From a virus (lineage: Duplodnaviria; Caudoviricetes), in the IMG/VR virus record IMGVR_UViG_3300032324_000593, positions 1 to 45,662 of that record: 45,662 bases of DNA; one strand, given 5' to 3'. The notes beneath the pieces were generated by a model, which was given only the letters and a program-made list of their open reading frames with translations, ran no database searches and had not been told where the DNA came from. Numbering within the stretch: position 1 is the first letter of the stretch; every line of letters starts with the position of its first letter. Positions 18,633-28,500 of this stretch are shown here, in pieces. The position numbers were made by a program, and so were the translations under genes.

Positions 18633-18665
18633 AATAATTGTTTAACTTTACAAAAATTAAAAAAA

Positions 18666-19181
18666 ATGGATAATAAAAAAGTATTTATAGGATTAGGTTT
18701 ATTAGCAGTAGGAACAATAGGTTACTTTGCTTTAAAAAACAAAAAAATAAAAAATGATGTTGCTAATGCAGAAAGTCTTGTAATAGATGATTCAGACATT
18801 TCTGAATCTGATATAAATTATTTAAGTTCTAATGGTATTAAACCAGTAAGTATTAAAAAATATTTAACTTATCTAAAAAATAATCCATCTAACATGAACT
18901 CTAAACTTTATAATGACAAACAAATTTTTAGTTTGTTTGATAATTTAAATATTAGAGATGAAGCATGGGTTAATCCTTCAACTAAAATTGGTGTTGTTAG
19001 TAAAAAATATACATATTTAGGAAGAATAAAAGGATTAGCTTTAGACGAAAACAAAGAATTATTTTTTAAACTTACACCTCCAACAAGTAATTATAATATT
19101 AAAGATTCATTTAATTGGGGTTCTGGAACTAATCCTTTTATAAGATACGTAAAAGCAAGTGCGGTATTTGCTAATATTTAA
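18666..19181 (+). CDS. N-anchored membrane protein with possible SH3-like C-terminal domain
   Basis: TM VFIGLGLLAVGTIGYF; LNIRDEA...YLGRI...RYVKAS pattern. Confidence 0.6.
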   Translation: MDNKKVFIGLGLLAVGTIGYFALKNKKIKNDVANAESLVIDDSDISESDINYLSSNGIKPVSIKKYLTYLKNNPSNMNSKLYNDKQIFSLFDNLNIRDEAWVNPSTKIGVVSKKYTYLGRIKGLALDENKELFFKLTPPTSNYNIKDSFNWGSGTNPFIRYVKASAVFANI

Positions 19182-19203
19182 AATTTTAACAAAAATAAAA
19201 AAA

Positions 19204-19338
19204 ATGGAAAATTTTTATAACACAGATAAAAAACAAACTACAACTCAATATGTATTAGGTGTAGGAACTGGATTATTAGTTTTATTTGCAGTCGTATATG
19301 TTGTAGGTAAAGCATGGAAAAAAAGCCAAAACGTATAA
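19204..19338 (+). CDS. 44-aa TM microprotein (not in the ORF track)
   Basis: MENFYNTDKKQTTTQYVLGVGTGLLVLFAVVYVVGKAWKKSQNV; shares VGK.WKKSQ with 18519. Confidence 0.7.
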   Translation: MENFYNTDKKQTTTQYVLGVGTGLLVLFAVVYVVGKAWKKSQNV

Positions 19339-19341
19339 TAT

Positions 19342-19497
19342 ATGAAAAAGAAAAAAATTTTAGGAGCAGTATTATTTTCAGTAGGTATTGGTGCATTAGT
19401 TTATCTTTACAAAGGTTTTTATGCTCCAAAAAAAGAAATTGAAAATTTACCTATTGCAGAATTAAAAAAACAAGGAACTACAACTACAACAAAATAA
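19342..19497 (+). CDS. 51-aa N-anchored microprotein (not in the ORF track)
   Basis: MKKKKILGAVLFSVGIGALVYLYKGFY... Confidence 0.65.
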   Translation: MKKKKILGAVLFSVGIGALVYLYKGFYAPKKEIENLPIAELKKQGTTTTTK

Positions 19498-19499
19498 TT

Positions 19500-19835
19500 A
19501 TGGTAAGAAGTGCGAATCAACTTTGGAAAGAAAGTAATACATCTTTAAGTTTTAAAGATTGGCTTGAAAGAGAAAAATCAAAAGGTGTTTTTATTCCTAA
19601 TAAAAAGTATTTAGCTTTTGAAGGTGTAGATACAGAAGCATCTATTAATAATCCTTCAATAAAAGATACTTTAAATATTTCAAAAGATAGATTTGAAAAA
19701 GAATTAGGAATTGATAAAAAACCAATAATTTCTAAAAATAACAAATTATTTGGTTTAAACAAAAATATTTTAATTGTTTCTACATTATTGATTGTAGGTG
19801 CAATAGGATATAAAATTTATCAAAAAAGAAAGTAA
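19500..19835 (+). CDS. C-anchored membrane protein
   Basis: SANQLWKES..SFKDWLEREK N-terminal motif; TM tail. Confidence 0.7.
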   Translation: MVRSANQLWKESNTSLSFKDWLEREKSKGVFIPNKKYLAFEGVDTEASINNPSIKDTLNISKDRFEKELGIDKKPIISKNNKLFGLNKNILIVSTLLIVGAIGYKIYQKRK

Positions 19836-19836
19836 A

Positions 19837-20622
19837 ATGAATTTTAGAATACAAACAAGATATAATGAAATGTGCCTTAAAGTTGTTGTAAAAGTAAATA
19901 CACCAACAAAAGTTACAATTAAAATTGTTGATGAAGAAAAATCTAAAATCATTTTTACAGACAGATATAAAACAATTCAAAATACAGAAACGTTTTATAT
20001 TAGGATGCCTTTAACTTCAAATTCTGTTATATTATCAGTTTATGATGAAAATAAAGGTAATGTTCCTAAAGAACAAGAAAAAAATATACAAGTTGTTAGT
20101 ATTGATAAAACACCATTAGAAAAACGAATGGATGTTGTAGATATTAAAAACAAAAATGTTGCTTATTTTGTAGATTTTGCACAAAGATTTTGTTATAACG
20201 CATCATATTTAGCAACTAATAAATCATATAAATCAGATAATGGTCAGTTTATAATTGAATATTTACCAACTATTATTAGTACAAGCGGAAAAGAACTTAC
20301 TACTCCAGCCAGAATATCAAAAGTTTCTGGAAGGATTCAAGTTTCTAAAAAACAATTTGACAAATATACCATACCAATGCGTTTTGCTATTCTTTGTCAT
20401 GAATTTAGTCATTTTTATGTAAATGATGATATGGATAACGAAAGTGAAGCAGATATAAACGGATTATTGATTTATTTAGGTCTGGGTTATCCACGAATTG
20501 AAGGGTATCAAGCATTTTTAGAAGTTTTTAAAGATGCACCAAACGATAGTAACAAGAAAAGATTTGATAGGATTGATAAATTCATCAGAAACTTTGAAAA
20601 AAATAAAATGGTAATAAGATAA
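19837..20622 (+). CDS. zincin-type metallopeptidase (HExxH) with N-terminal beta domain
   Basis: FAILCHEFSHFY...ESEAD. Confidence 0.7.
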   Translation: MNFRIQTRYNEMCLKVVVKVNTPTKVTIKIVDEEKSKIIFTDRYKTIQNTETFYIRMPLTSNSVILSVYDENKGNVPKEQEKNIQVVSIDKTPLEKRMDVVDIKNKNVAYFVDFAQRFCYNASYLATNKSYKSDNGQFIIEYLPTIISTSGKELTTPARISKVSGRIQVSKKQFDKYTIPMRFAILCHEFSHFYVNDDMDNESEADINGLLIYLGLGYPRIEGYQAFLEVFKDAPNDSNKKRFDRIDKFIRNFEKNKMVIR

Positions 20623-20633
20623 AAAATAACATC

Positions 20634-20966
20634 ATGAACGGAACGACAAAAAAATACTTAACAATTGGAGCAGTAATTATTTTAGGTGCATATTTAGTAA
20701 AATACGCAATTAAAAAATTTAAACAACCAAGTGCTGAACAAGAAGCAATGCTTGACAAAACATTAACTTTAGAAAAAGGTTCTACTGGTAGTGAAGTAGC
20801 AGAATTACAAAGAATCTTAAAATACGATTTTGGTAAAAACATTGGTTTTACTGGAGTTGATAAAGATGGTGTTGATGGAGATTTTGGAAATTTAACTGAA
20901 ACTGCATTAATGGAAGTTAAAGGAGTGAAAAAAATAACATTAAACGAAATGTCAGATGCAAAATAA
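20634..20966 (+). CDS. N-anchored peptidoglycan-binding (PG_binding_1) protein
   Basis: LEKGSTGSEVAELQRIL...VDGDFGNLTETAL. Confidence 0.8.
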   Translation: MNGTTKKYLTIGAVIILGAYLVKYAIKKFKQPSAEQEAMLDKTLTLEKGSTGSEVAELQRILKYDFGKNIGFTGVDKDGVDGDFGNLTETALMEVKGVKKITLNEMSDAK

Positions 20967-21195
20967 AAATTTATATTACGTATTAGGTGGAGTAGTAGCA
21001 ATAGGTCTTGTTTATTTTATAACAAAAAAGAAAAAAGAAGATGTAGTTGTTAATTTAAATCCACCAATGGAAATGGATGATGAATATTCAACATCAAATC
21101 CAAACACAAATGTGGTATCAATTTTGGATAAAATCAAAGAGATTATTCAAGAAGTAAAAAATAAAAGTTTAGCAACACCTCCAACAAATCCATAA
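20956..21195 (+). CDS. N-anchored membrane protein
   Basis: TM YYVLGGVVAIGLVYFI followed by KKKK. Confidence 0.7.
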   Translation: MQNKNLYYVLGGVVAIGLVYFITKKKKEDVVVNLNPPMEMDDEYSTSNPNTNVVSILDKIKEIIQEVKNKSLATPPTNP

Positions 21196-21198
21196 ATT

Positions 21199-21474
21199 AT
21201 GAAAAATAAAACAACATATATAGTAAGTGGTTTGATAGTTTTAGTAGGTGGATATTTCATTTACAATAAATTTTATAAAACTACACCCAGAACAAAAGAA
21301 GAAAGTATAAAGTTAATTGTTTCTTCAAATAATAGCAGTAATGCAGAAAACGTTTTATCTACATTTGAGGATAATTTTATAAAGGAATGGGCAAATGCAG
21401 TTGAAAAACGTAATGATATGTTCAAATACAACGGAAAATCATATTTAACAAAAGGCGGTAGAGCAATAAAATAA
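21199..21474 (+). CDS. N-anchored membrane protein
   Basis: TM YIVSGLIVLVGGYFIY. Confidence 0.7.
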   Translation: MKNKTTYIVSGLIVLVGGYFIYNKFYKTTPRTKEESIKLIVSSNNSSNAENVLSTFEDNFIKEWANAVEKRNDMFKYNGKSYLTKGGRAIK

Positions 21475-21479
21475 ATATT

Positions 21480-22019
21480 ATGGCAAATTTTAATTTTCAA
21501 GACAAATTAGCAAAAACTGGAACATTTATCGCAAATAATAAAAAACCTTTATTATATGTAGGTGGAGCAGTTGTTTTAGTTGTTTTAGGTTACTCTATTG
21601 TTTCAAGAACAAAAAGAGGAATTACAAGTATATTTACTGATAAAAGTAAAGGAGAAACACCATTTGTAGATGTAGAAATAGATGATACTAAAGTTACAAT
21701 TTCTGATTCAGTTGCAAATGCTTATGCAAACCAATTATATGGTGCAATGGCTAATGCTGGAACAGATGAAGATTTAATTTATGCTATCATGAAAAAAATC
21801 GAAAAGAAAGATGATTTTAGAAAAGTTTATAATGCTTATGGTAAAAAATCTTATGTTGGAAAATTTGTTGGTGGCTCTCCAACAAAATTAGATAAATGGT
21901 TAGGAAATTATGATGATTTTGATTTAATACAATGGTTTAACGAAGAAGTTGGTTACTCAAATCCGCTAACTTATAATTTAATTAAAAAAGTGGTTAATAA
22001 CGCTGGATTTAGTTTCTAA
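21480..22019 (+). CDS. membrane-anchored annexin-repeat-like protein
   Basis: ANQLYGAMANAGTDEDLIYAIM...FRKVYNAYG matches the annexin AMxGxGTDE pattern. Confidence 0.6.
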   Translation: MANFNFQDKLAKTGTFIANNKKPLLYVGGAVVLVVLGYSIVSRTKRGITSIFTDKSKGETPFVDVEIDDTKVTISDSVANAYANQLYGAMANAGTDEDLIYAIMKKIEKKDDFRKVYNAYGKKSYVGKFVGGSPTKLDKWLGNYDDFDLIQWFNEEVGYSNPLTYNLIKKVVNNAGFSF

Positions 22020-22021
22020 TT

Positions 22022-22216
22022 ATGGCTGGAAAAATATACGATAAAACTGAATCTCAAAGAGTTGCTGATTTTTTATCTAATCAAACATCCGAATTAGAGA
22101 AAATAGATAAAGAAAAAGAATTTTCAGATAAGAAAGTATTAAGATACACAATTATGCTTACTGGAAGTGTAATTCTTTTGGTATTATTAAAATATTTAGT
22201 AAGTAGAAAAAAATAA
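22022..22216 (+). CDS. C-anchored small membrane protein
   Basis: TM YTIMLTGSVILLVLL. Confidence 0.65.
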   Translation: MAGKIYDKTESQRVADFLSNQTSELEKIDKEKEFSDKKVLRYTIMLTGSVILLVLLKYLVSRKK

Positions 22217-22842
22217 AAGTTATGAATAAGAAATTAATAATTATAGGTGTTTTAGGTTTAGCTGGTGCTGGTGCATTTTTGTATTTCAAATCTAAAAATA
22301 AATTAGGTAAAAACAACATTCCATCATCTGCTGGAGGTTTAGCACCTACTTCTGATAATTCTGTTTTATCAACAAATACAACAACTACAACAACTACACC
22401 ACCACAACCAGTTCAAGAAATATCTCCAGCATCACTTTCTGATTTACAAGCAGTTATTTATTTAGTTAAATATCCAGACTTAAATAGTGCTTTCAATGGT
22501 AATTTACAAAGGGCTAAAGAGCATTGGGTTAATTTAGGAAAATCTGAACAAAGAACTATTCCGAATATTAAAAATAGCATTAGTAGTCCTACTGAATTAT
22601 CAGACGACCAAGCAATGATTTATTTGTCAAAATATAATGATTTATTACAAACATTTGGAATTAACCTTAATTTAGCAAAACAACATTGGGTTAATTTAGG
22701 TAAAGCAGAGAATAGAACAATTGACATATTTATTTAATTTAATTATTAATGTAACTATAAAATATTTAGCAAGTAGAAAAAAATGAAAAATTATGAATAA
22801 GAAATTAATAATTATAGGTGTTTTAGGTTTAGCTGGTGCTGG
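22188..22842 (+). repeat. direct repeat of about 84 bp (22188-22271 and 22758-22842)
   Basis: taaaatatttag(t/c)aagtagaaaaaaat...atgaataagaaattaataattataggtgttttaggtttagctggtgctgg occurs twice. Confidence 0.9.
22222..22737 (+). CDS. N-anchored protein with two YL.KY.DL...F..NL..AK.HWVNLGK.E.RTI repeats
   Basis: Internal tandem repeat after a Thr/Pro linker. Confidence 0.75.
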   Translation: MNKKLIIIGVLGLAGAGAFLYFKSKNKLGKNNIPSSAGGLAPTSDNSVLSTNTTTTTTTPPQPVQEISPASLSDLQAVIYLVKYPDLNSAFNGNLQRAKEHWVNLGKSEQRTIPNIKNSISSPTELSDDQAMIYLSKYNDLLQTFGINLNLAKQHWVNLGKAENRTIDIFI

Positions 22843-23272
22843 ATATTATTTTTATAATAAAAAGAAAAAAGAAACTCCAGTTTTAGCCAATACAAGTGAT
22901 GATGAAACTGATGTTTCAATAAAATCAACTACTACAACCACTGAAAATGTTAAACCAGATTGGAACAAAATTCTGAAAAAAGGTTCAAAAGGAATAGAGG
23001 TTAGAACACTTCAAAAAGCATTAAAGAGAATAGATGTAGATGGAGATTTTGGAGTTGGTACTGAAAATAGATTAAAACAAGTAACTGGTTTAAATCAAAT
23101 TTCTGTTAATCAATATAATCAAGCAATTGTTAATTTGCAGAACATAAAGACAAAAAAATTAAAAGAAGAAGAAAAGAAAAAAGCAGAACAAAAACTAAAA
23201 GAAGCTAAACAATTGGTCGCACAAGCACCACCACAAACTTCATTTACTTCTGGTCTTATTACAACTTTATAA
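22793..23272 (+). CDS. N-anchored peptidoglycan-binding (PG_binding_1) protein
   Basis: LKKGSKGIEVRTLQKAL..IDVDGDFGVGTE; first 17 aa identical to 22222. Confidence 0.8.
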   Translation: MNKKLIIIGVLGLAGAGYYFYNKKKKETPVLANTSDDETDVSIKSTTTTTENVKPDWNKILKKGSKGIEVRTLQKALKRIDVDGDFGVGTENRLKQVTGLNQISVNQYNQAIVNLQNIKTKKLKEEEKKKAEQKLKEAKQLVAQAPPQTSFTSGLITTL

Positions 23273-23289
23273 AAATAAAATAAAAAAAT

Positions 23290-23631
23290 ATGGTTACATC
23301 TGAACAAATATCTTTATGTAAAGATTTAAATGTAAAAATATTAAATAAAATTGATGTTTTATCATCTAATGCTGGTTATAGTCCAAGTTATCTAAATACT
23401 CAACAAATTGATTTAAATAGTTTTAAACAAACTTTTGCTAAAAATGATTGTGATAAAGTTTTAATTCAATCCAAACTTAAAAATGTAGATGCTTTAGTAG
23501 AAAAATATTCTGATATTGACAAAATTAGAATAGAAACAGATAGTTTTAAACAAAGAAATTATAGATTAATTTTAGGAGCAGTAATTTTAGTTTCTGGATT
23601 ATTAATAGTTGTTACAATAAGTAGAAAATAA
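23290..23631 (+). CDS. C-anchored helical protein (distant paralogue of 5685/6251)
   Basis: C.....KI...F..NDC pattern and TM tail. Confidence 0.65.
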   Translation: MVTSEQISLCKDLNVKILNKIDVLSSNAGYSPSYLNTQQIDLNSFKQTFAKNDCDKVLIQSKLKNVDALVEKYSDIDKIRIETDSFKQRNYRLILGAVILVSGLLIVVTISRK

Positions 23632-24192
23632 ATGAAAAAAGCATTATTAATTGGAGGTTTAGGATTAGCTGGTTTTGGTTTTTACAGATATTTTAAATAT
23701 CAAGTAAATCAAGCAGTTAATTATGGCTATGCTATAAAAAACTTTAAAGTTTTAGAAAACGATAATCAATCTGTAAAAGTCGAGTTAGAAATTGAAATTG
23801 AAAACAAATCATCGTTTGAAGTTTTAATTAAAAGTTACAACTTGAAATTAGCTTTTAAAGGAAAACAATTTGCATCTTCTGTAAGCACAAAAGAATTTAA
23901 AGTATTACCAAATAGTTCTTTTTCTTTGAAAACAATAGGAACAATTAACTTGGAACAAAGTAAAGTAGCAGTACTTCCTTTTCTTATGGATGTAGTTAAA
24001 AGAAAACCAATAAATATTGAAGTTAGTGGTGTTATTAGAGTTAAATTTTTAGGTATAAATAGCACTTTAAATTTTGACAAACAACAATTTACATATTCTG
24101 CCGATTTATTAAAAGATTATAATTTAGCAAAACCACTTGAATCATTTTGGAAAAAATATCCAAAACTTGCAAATTTATTAAAGATAAATTAG
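23632..24192 (+). CDS. N-anchored LEA_2/WHy-like beta-sandwich protein
   Basis: LEIEIENKSSFEVLIKSYNLKLAFKGKQFA...LPNSS pattern. Confidence 0.65.
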   Translation: MKKALLIGGLGLAGFGFYRYFKYQVNQAVNYGYAIKNFKVLENDNQSVKVELEIEIENKSSFEVLIKSYNLKLAFKGKQFASSVSTKEFKVLPNSSFSLKTIGTINLEQSKVAVLPFLMDVVKRKPINIEVSGVIRVKFLGINSTLNFDKQQFTYSADLLKDYNLAKPLESFWKKYPKLANLLKIN

Positions 24193-24200
24193 TATTTTTG
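24193..24200 (+). promoter_or_regulatory. -7 promoter box (TATTTTTG)
   Basis: TAnnTTTG about 28 nt upstream of ATG 24228. Confidence 0.45.
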
Positions 24201-24227
24201 AATCGAGAAACTTAAAAATAAATAACT

Positions 24228-24626
24228 ATGGTTGAGGGTATTGTAAAAAAAATTATGCTTACTGGTATTAAAAAATATGCAAATATTTACGAAGTAGAGC
24301 CAAAAAACATACAAATTTATGTAAAAGACAAACCAAATGGTTCAGTTACTTTTCAAATTTGTAAAGAATTTAAAGTGCAAGAAGAAGTTACTTTTTTGCA
24401 AATAATGGACAAAAAAATAGATTTATTACAATATGAATCTTTAGCAAGTCCATATTTAAAAAAGTCTTTAGAAATGTACGCATTTGAAACAAATGACGAA
24501 TTGACAAACGTTAGTTGTTTTATAATGATGCCAGTACCAAATGAAATTGGATTGGCTTTTTATAATGGTTATAAAAACGGAAAAAATGTTTCAATTGCAA
24601 AATTTTTGCAAGAATTAGGTTTATGA
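24228..24626 (+). CDS. hypothetical protein
   Basis: 132-aa ORF in operon context. Confidence 0.65.
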   Translation: MVEGIVKKIMLTGIKKYANIYEVEPKNIQIYVKDKPNGSVTFQICKEFKVQEEVTFLQIMDKKIDLLQYESLASPYLKKSLEMYAFETNDELTNVSCFIMMPVPNEIGLAFYNGYKNGKNVSIAKFLQELGL

Positions 24627-24627
24627 T

Positions 24628-24945
24628 ATGGCAGAGGAAACAAATAAAAGAGTTAGCAGAAGGACAAAAGAAGTAATTGTAAGTTCTAATGATATAGAAT
24701 TTATAAAAGATATGTTATCTAAATTATCTGGAAAAGTTCAAGAAATGGATTTAACTTTGATAAAATTAAACCATACAATTATTGGCGACAATGATTATGG
24801 ACAAAAAGGTATTATTGAACACGTTAGAGAACATTCAGATTATATAGAAAGCGACAAAACATATAAAGCAAAAGTTGTTGGTGCTGGTTCGGTATTGGTA
24901 ATACTTTACGGATTAGTAATTAAATTCTGGGAAAAGATTTTCTAA
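24628..24945 (+). CDS. coiled-coil protein with C-terminal TM
   Basis: IIGDNDYGQKGII motif; TM VVGAGSVLVILYGLVI. Confidence 0.65.
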   Translation: MAEETNKRVSRRTKEVIVSSNDIEFIKDMLSKLSGKVQEMDLTLIKLNHTIIGDNDYGQKGIIEHVREHSDYIESDKTYKAKVVGAGSVLVILYGLVIKFWEKIF

Positions 24946-24960
24946 AATAAAAACAAAAAA

Positions 24961-25560
24961 ATGACACTAATAAAATCAGAAATAGGAAGCGTTCAATCAA
25001 TAAATGGTAGTTTAGCAGTTTATGTAAACAATCAAGGAGTTGTTATGCTTAAAGATATGTATAATAATGTTCAACCATTAGCAGATTTCTTAAATTTCAA
25101 CAAAGTGATTTTAGTAATGGAAGGAGAAAATTCTATTAAACCTTTAAATGGTAAAAATATACTTGATGAAGAAAAAGAATTTTCTGTAATTTCTGGTGGA
25201 GATTATAACACAAATAGAGGAACTTATTCAGTAATTGCTGGAGGATGTGCAAACACAACTTCCGCAAAATCTTCGGTAGTTTCTGGTGGTCAAGGAAATA
25301 TAGCCGACAAAGACTTTGCTTTTGTAGGTGGTGGTCAAAACAATAGAGCAAACGCAGAACATTCATCTGTTGTTGGTGGTTATAACAATACTACAAAAGA
25401 ATACAAAAATACTCACATTGTTGGCTCAAATATTGAAGCTGATAGAGAAGATACTACATTTGTAAACAATTTATCAATCAAAGATATACCAACCAGTAAA
25501 ACAAATTTACCTAAAGGGTCAATTTGGAGCAATAAAGGAGTATTAACAATAGTTGAATAA
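24961..25560 (+). CDS. short fibre/adhesin with beta-helix (S.I.GG..N) repeats
   Basis: Five SV[IV].GG..N repeats; N- and C-termini resemble those of 25578. Confidence 0.7.
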   Translation: MTLIKSEIGSVQSINGSLAVYVNNQGVVMLKDMYNNVQPLADFLNFNKVILVMEGENSIKPLNGKNILDEEKEFSVISGGDYNTNRGTYSVIAGGCANTTSAKSSVVSGGQGNIADKDFAFVGGGQNNRANAEHSSVVGGYNNTTKEYKNTHIVGSNIEADREDTTFVNNLSIKDIPTSKTNLPKGSIWSNKGVLTIVE

Positions 25561-25577
25561 CTAAAAAATTACTCTAA

Positions 25578-28500
25578 ATGGGAAATGTAAGTAAATCTGG
25601 TAAATCTAACATCCAATCTCCAGATGGAAATGCGTTAGCGTTATTCATTGATGGGATTACAAGTGATGCTTTAATAAAAGATATATACGGAAACGTAGAA
25701 AGACTACAAGATTATATAACTGGAGGAACTTCTGGAAGTAGTGGTACATCTGGTACATCTGGAGTTAATGGTACATCTGGTGTTAATGGTACATCTGGTA
25801 TTAATGGTACATCTGGAGTTAATGGTACATCTGGTTCAAATGGTTCAAGTGGTACATCTGGTTCAAATGGTTCAAGTGGTACAAATGGAACTTCTGGTTC
25901 TGGTGGTACTTCTGGAACTTCTGGATTAACTGGTACTTCTGGTACTGATGGTACATCTGGGGTTAATGGAACATCTGGTACATCTGGTATTAATGGTACT
26001 TCTGGAACATCTGGAATAAATGGTACATCTGGTTCTAATGGAACTTCTGGTTCTGGAGGAACATCTGGTACTACTGGAACTTCTGGTTCATCTGGTTCAT
26101 CTGGTTTAAATGGTTCATCTGGTGCTGGAATAGCTAACTGGTATGGTAGTTTTTCTGATACTACTACACAAGTCGTTACTGGGTCAAACATACCAACAAT
26201 AATTACATATAACACAACAGAAATTAGTAATGGAATCACAATAAGTGGTTCTCAAATTACTTTTCCGTATGCTGGTATTTATGAAATAGGATATTCTGCA
26301 CAAATAGATAAAAATAGTGGCGGTAATGATGAAGTAAAAATTTGGGCAAGAATTAATGGGTTTGATGAAGCACGAACTACATCTTACGTTGAATTAATTG
26401 GAGCAAACGCTGAATCTTTACCTTTTGTTTCTTATATTTTTGATTTACAAGCAAATGATTATGTAGAATTTGTTTTTGCTTCTGCTGATGCAACTGCAAG
26501 AATAGTAACTAAACCAGCTACTACAATACCTTACGCTTCTCCTTTAGCACCTTCTATTATTATTGTTGCTAATCAAGTAGGAGTAGCGGTAGGTAGTACA
26601 TCTGGAACTTCTGGAACTACTGGTACATCTGGAGTAAACGGAACATCTGGAACTTCTGGATTAAATGGTACATCTGGTACATCTGGAATTAATGGTACAA
26701 GCGGAACTGATGGTACATCTGGTTCATCTGGTTCATCTGGTATTAATGGAACTTCTGGAACTTCTGGTATTAACGGAACTTCTGGTTCTTCTGGTTTGGA
26801 TGGTACATCTGGAACTTCTGGTACAAATGGTACTGGAGGAACTTCTGGTATTAATGGTACAAGTGGAACTTCTGGAACTGCTGGTTCTGGTGGAACTTCT
26901 GGTACTACTGGAACATCTGGTTCGTCTGGAACTTCTGGTTTAGATGGCGACCAATACAAAACAACATCAACAACTTCTTTTACATTAGGAAATTCTGGAA
27001 CATTAATTGTTGGTACTGGACTTGCATATACACCAGCACAATCTATTATTATTGTTTTTAACACTTCAAATTTTCAAGAATGTGAAGTTATAACATATAA
27101 TTCTGGTACTGGAGCATTAGCTTTTGGAACACCAACGAGAACGGTAGGTTCTGGAACATACGCATTATGGAGTGTAAATTTAGATGGTGCATCTGGTGGA
27201 GATGGTTCATCTGGTACATCTGGAGTAAATGGAACATCTGGAACTACTGGTACATCTGGTAGTGGAGGAACTTCTGGTATTGATGGCACAAGTGGTTCAT
27301 CTGGAACTGCTGGTTCTGGTGGTACATCTGGAGTAAACGGAACATCTGGTACTACTGGTACATCTGGTACTGATGGAACATCTGGAACTGCTGGTTCTGG
27401 TGGTACATCTGGCTCATCTGGAGTAAATGGCACAAGTGGTGTAAATGGAACTTCTGGTTCATCTGGTACAAACGGAACTTCTGGTTCTGGAGGAACTTCT
27501 GGTTCTTCTGGAACAACTGGAACGGATGGTACATCTGGTTCATCTGGTGTATCTGGTACATCTGGTTCATCTGGAGTTAATGGAACGAGTGGTACTGATG
27601 GTACATCTGGTTCATCTGGTGTAAATGGTACTTCTGGTACATCTGGTATAAATGGAACATCTGGAGTAAATGGAACAAGCGGAACATCTGGAGTAAATGG
27701 CACAAGTGGAACTGATGGTACATCTGGTTCATCTGGAGTAAATGGAACATCTGGTTCATCTGGTATAAACGGAACTTCTGGAATAAATGGAACATCTGGT
27801 TCATCTGGAGTATCTGGTACATCTGGTGTTAATGGAACAAGTGGTACTGATGGAACATCTGGTTCATCTGGAGTAAACGGAACATCTGGTACTACTGGTA
27901 CATCTGGTTCATCTGGTGTAAATGGTGCAAACGGAACATCTGGTACTGATGGAACATCTGGAATTAACGGAACTTCTGGAATTAACGGAACTTCTGGAGT
28001 AAATGGAACTTCTGGAGTAAATGGAACTTCTGGTAGTAGTGGTAGTAGTGGAACAAACGTGGGTTCAAGTGCAGTTATTATTTTAGGTGCTGGAGGAAAT
28101 TCATCTGTTAGGACTGGAGTTGGAAATAATGCTGGTGGTTTATATAGTGGCTCTTTAAGTGGAAAAAATAATAATTCAAACGCAAATTATTCAACAATAG
28201 TTGGAGGTATTAATAATACTATAACTGGACAAAAATCTATAATAAGTGGAGGTCAAAACAATACAAATATTGGAGATTTTGCGACAATTGGTGGTGGTCG
28301 TTACAATAATGCAAATGCACAAGCATCAACAATAGCTGGTGGTCTTTATAATTTAGCTTGTTATCGTTCTTCTGTAAGTGGCGGTATAATAAATCTTGCG
28401 TGTGGTACATATTCATCAATTGGTGGTGGTAGCTCAAATACTGCAATTGGAACTCGCTCTACAATAAGTGGCGGTAGCAATAATACTTCAAGTGGTAGTT

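Noticed and set aside
754-24080. Minus-strand ORFs of 60-145 aa within the plus-strand block (e.g. 4194, 9379, 11437, 13336, 20585)
   Set aside because: They overlap better-supported plus-strand genes and have antisense-like composition.
25712-27822. Long antisense and alternate-frame ORFs (PDVP/MVHL repeats) over the fibre gene
   Set aside because: They are shadows of the 9-bp Gly-X-Y coding repeat, with no independent start signals.
25722-28058. Possible CRISPR array or satellite
   Set aside because: The repeats are in-frame codon triplets with synonymous variation and no unique spacers.
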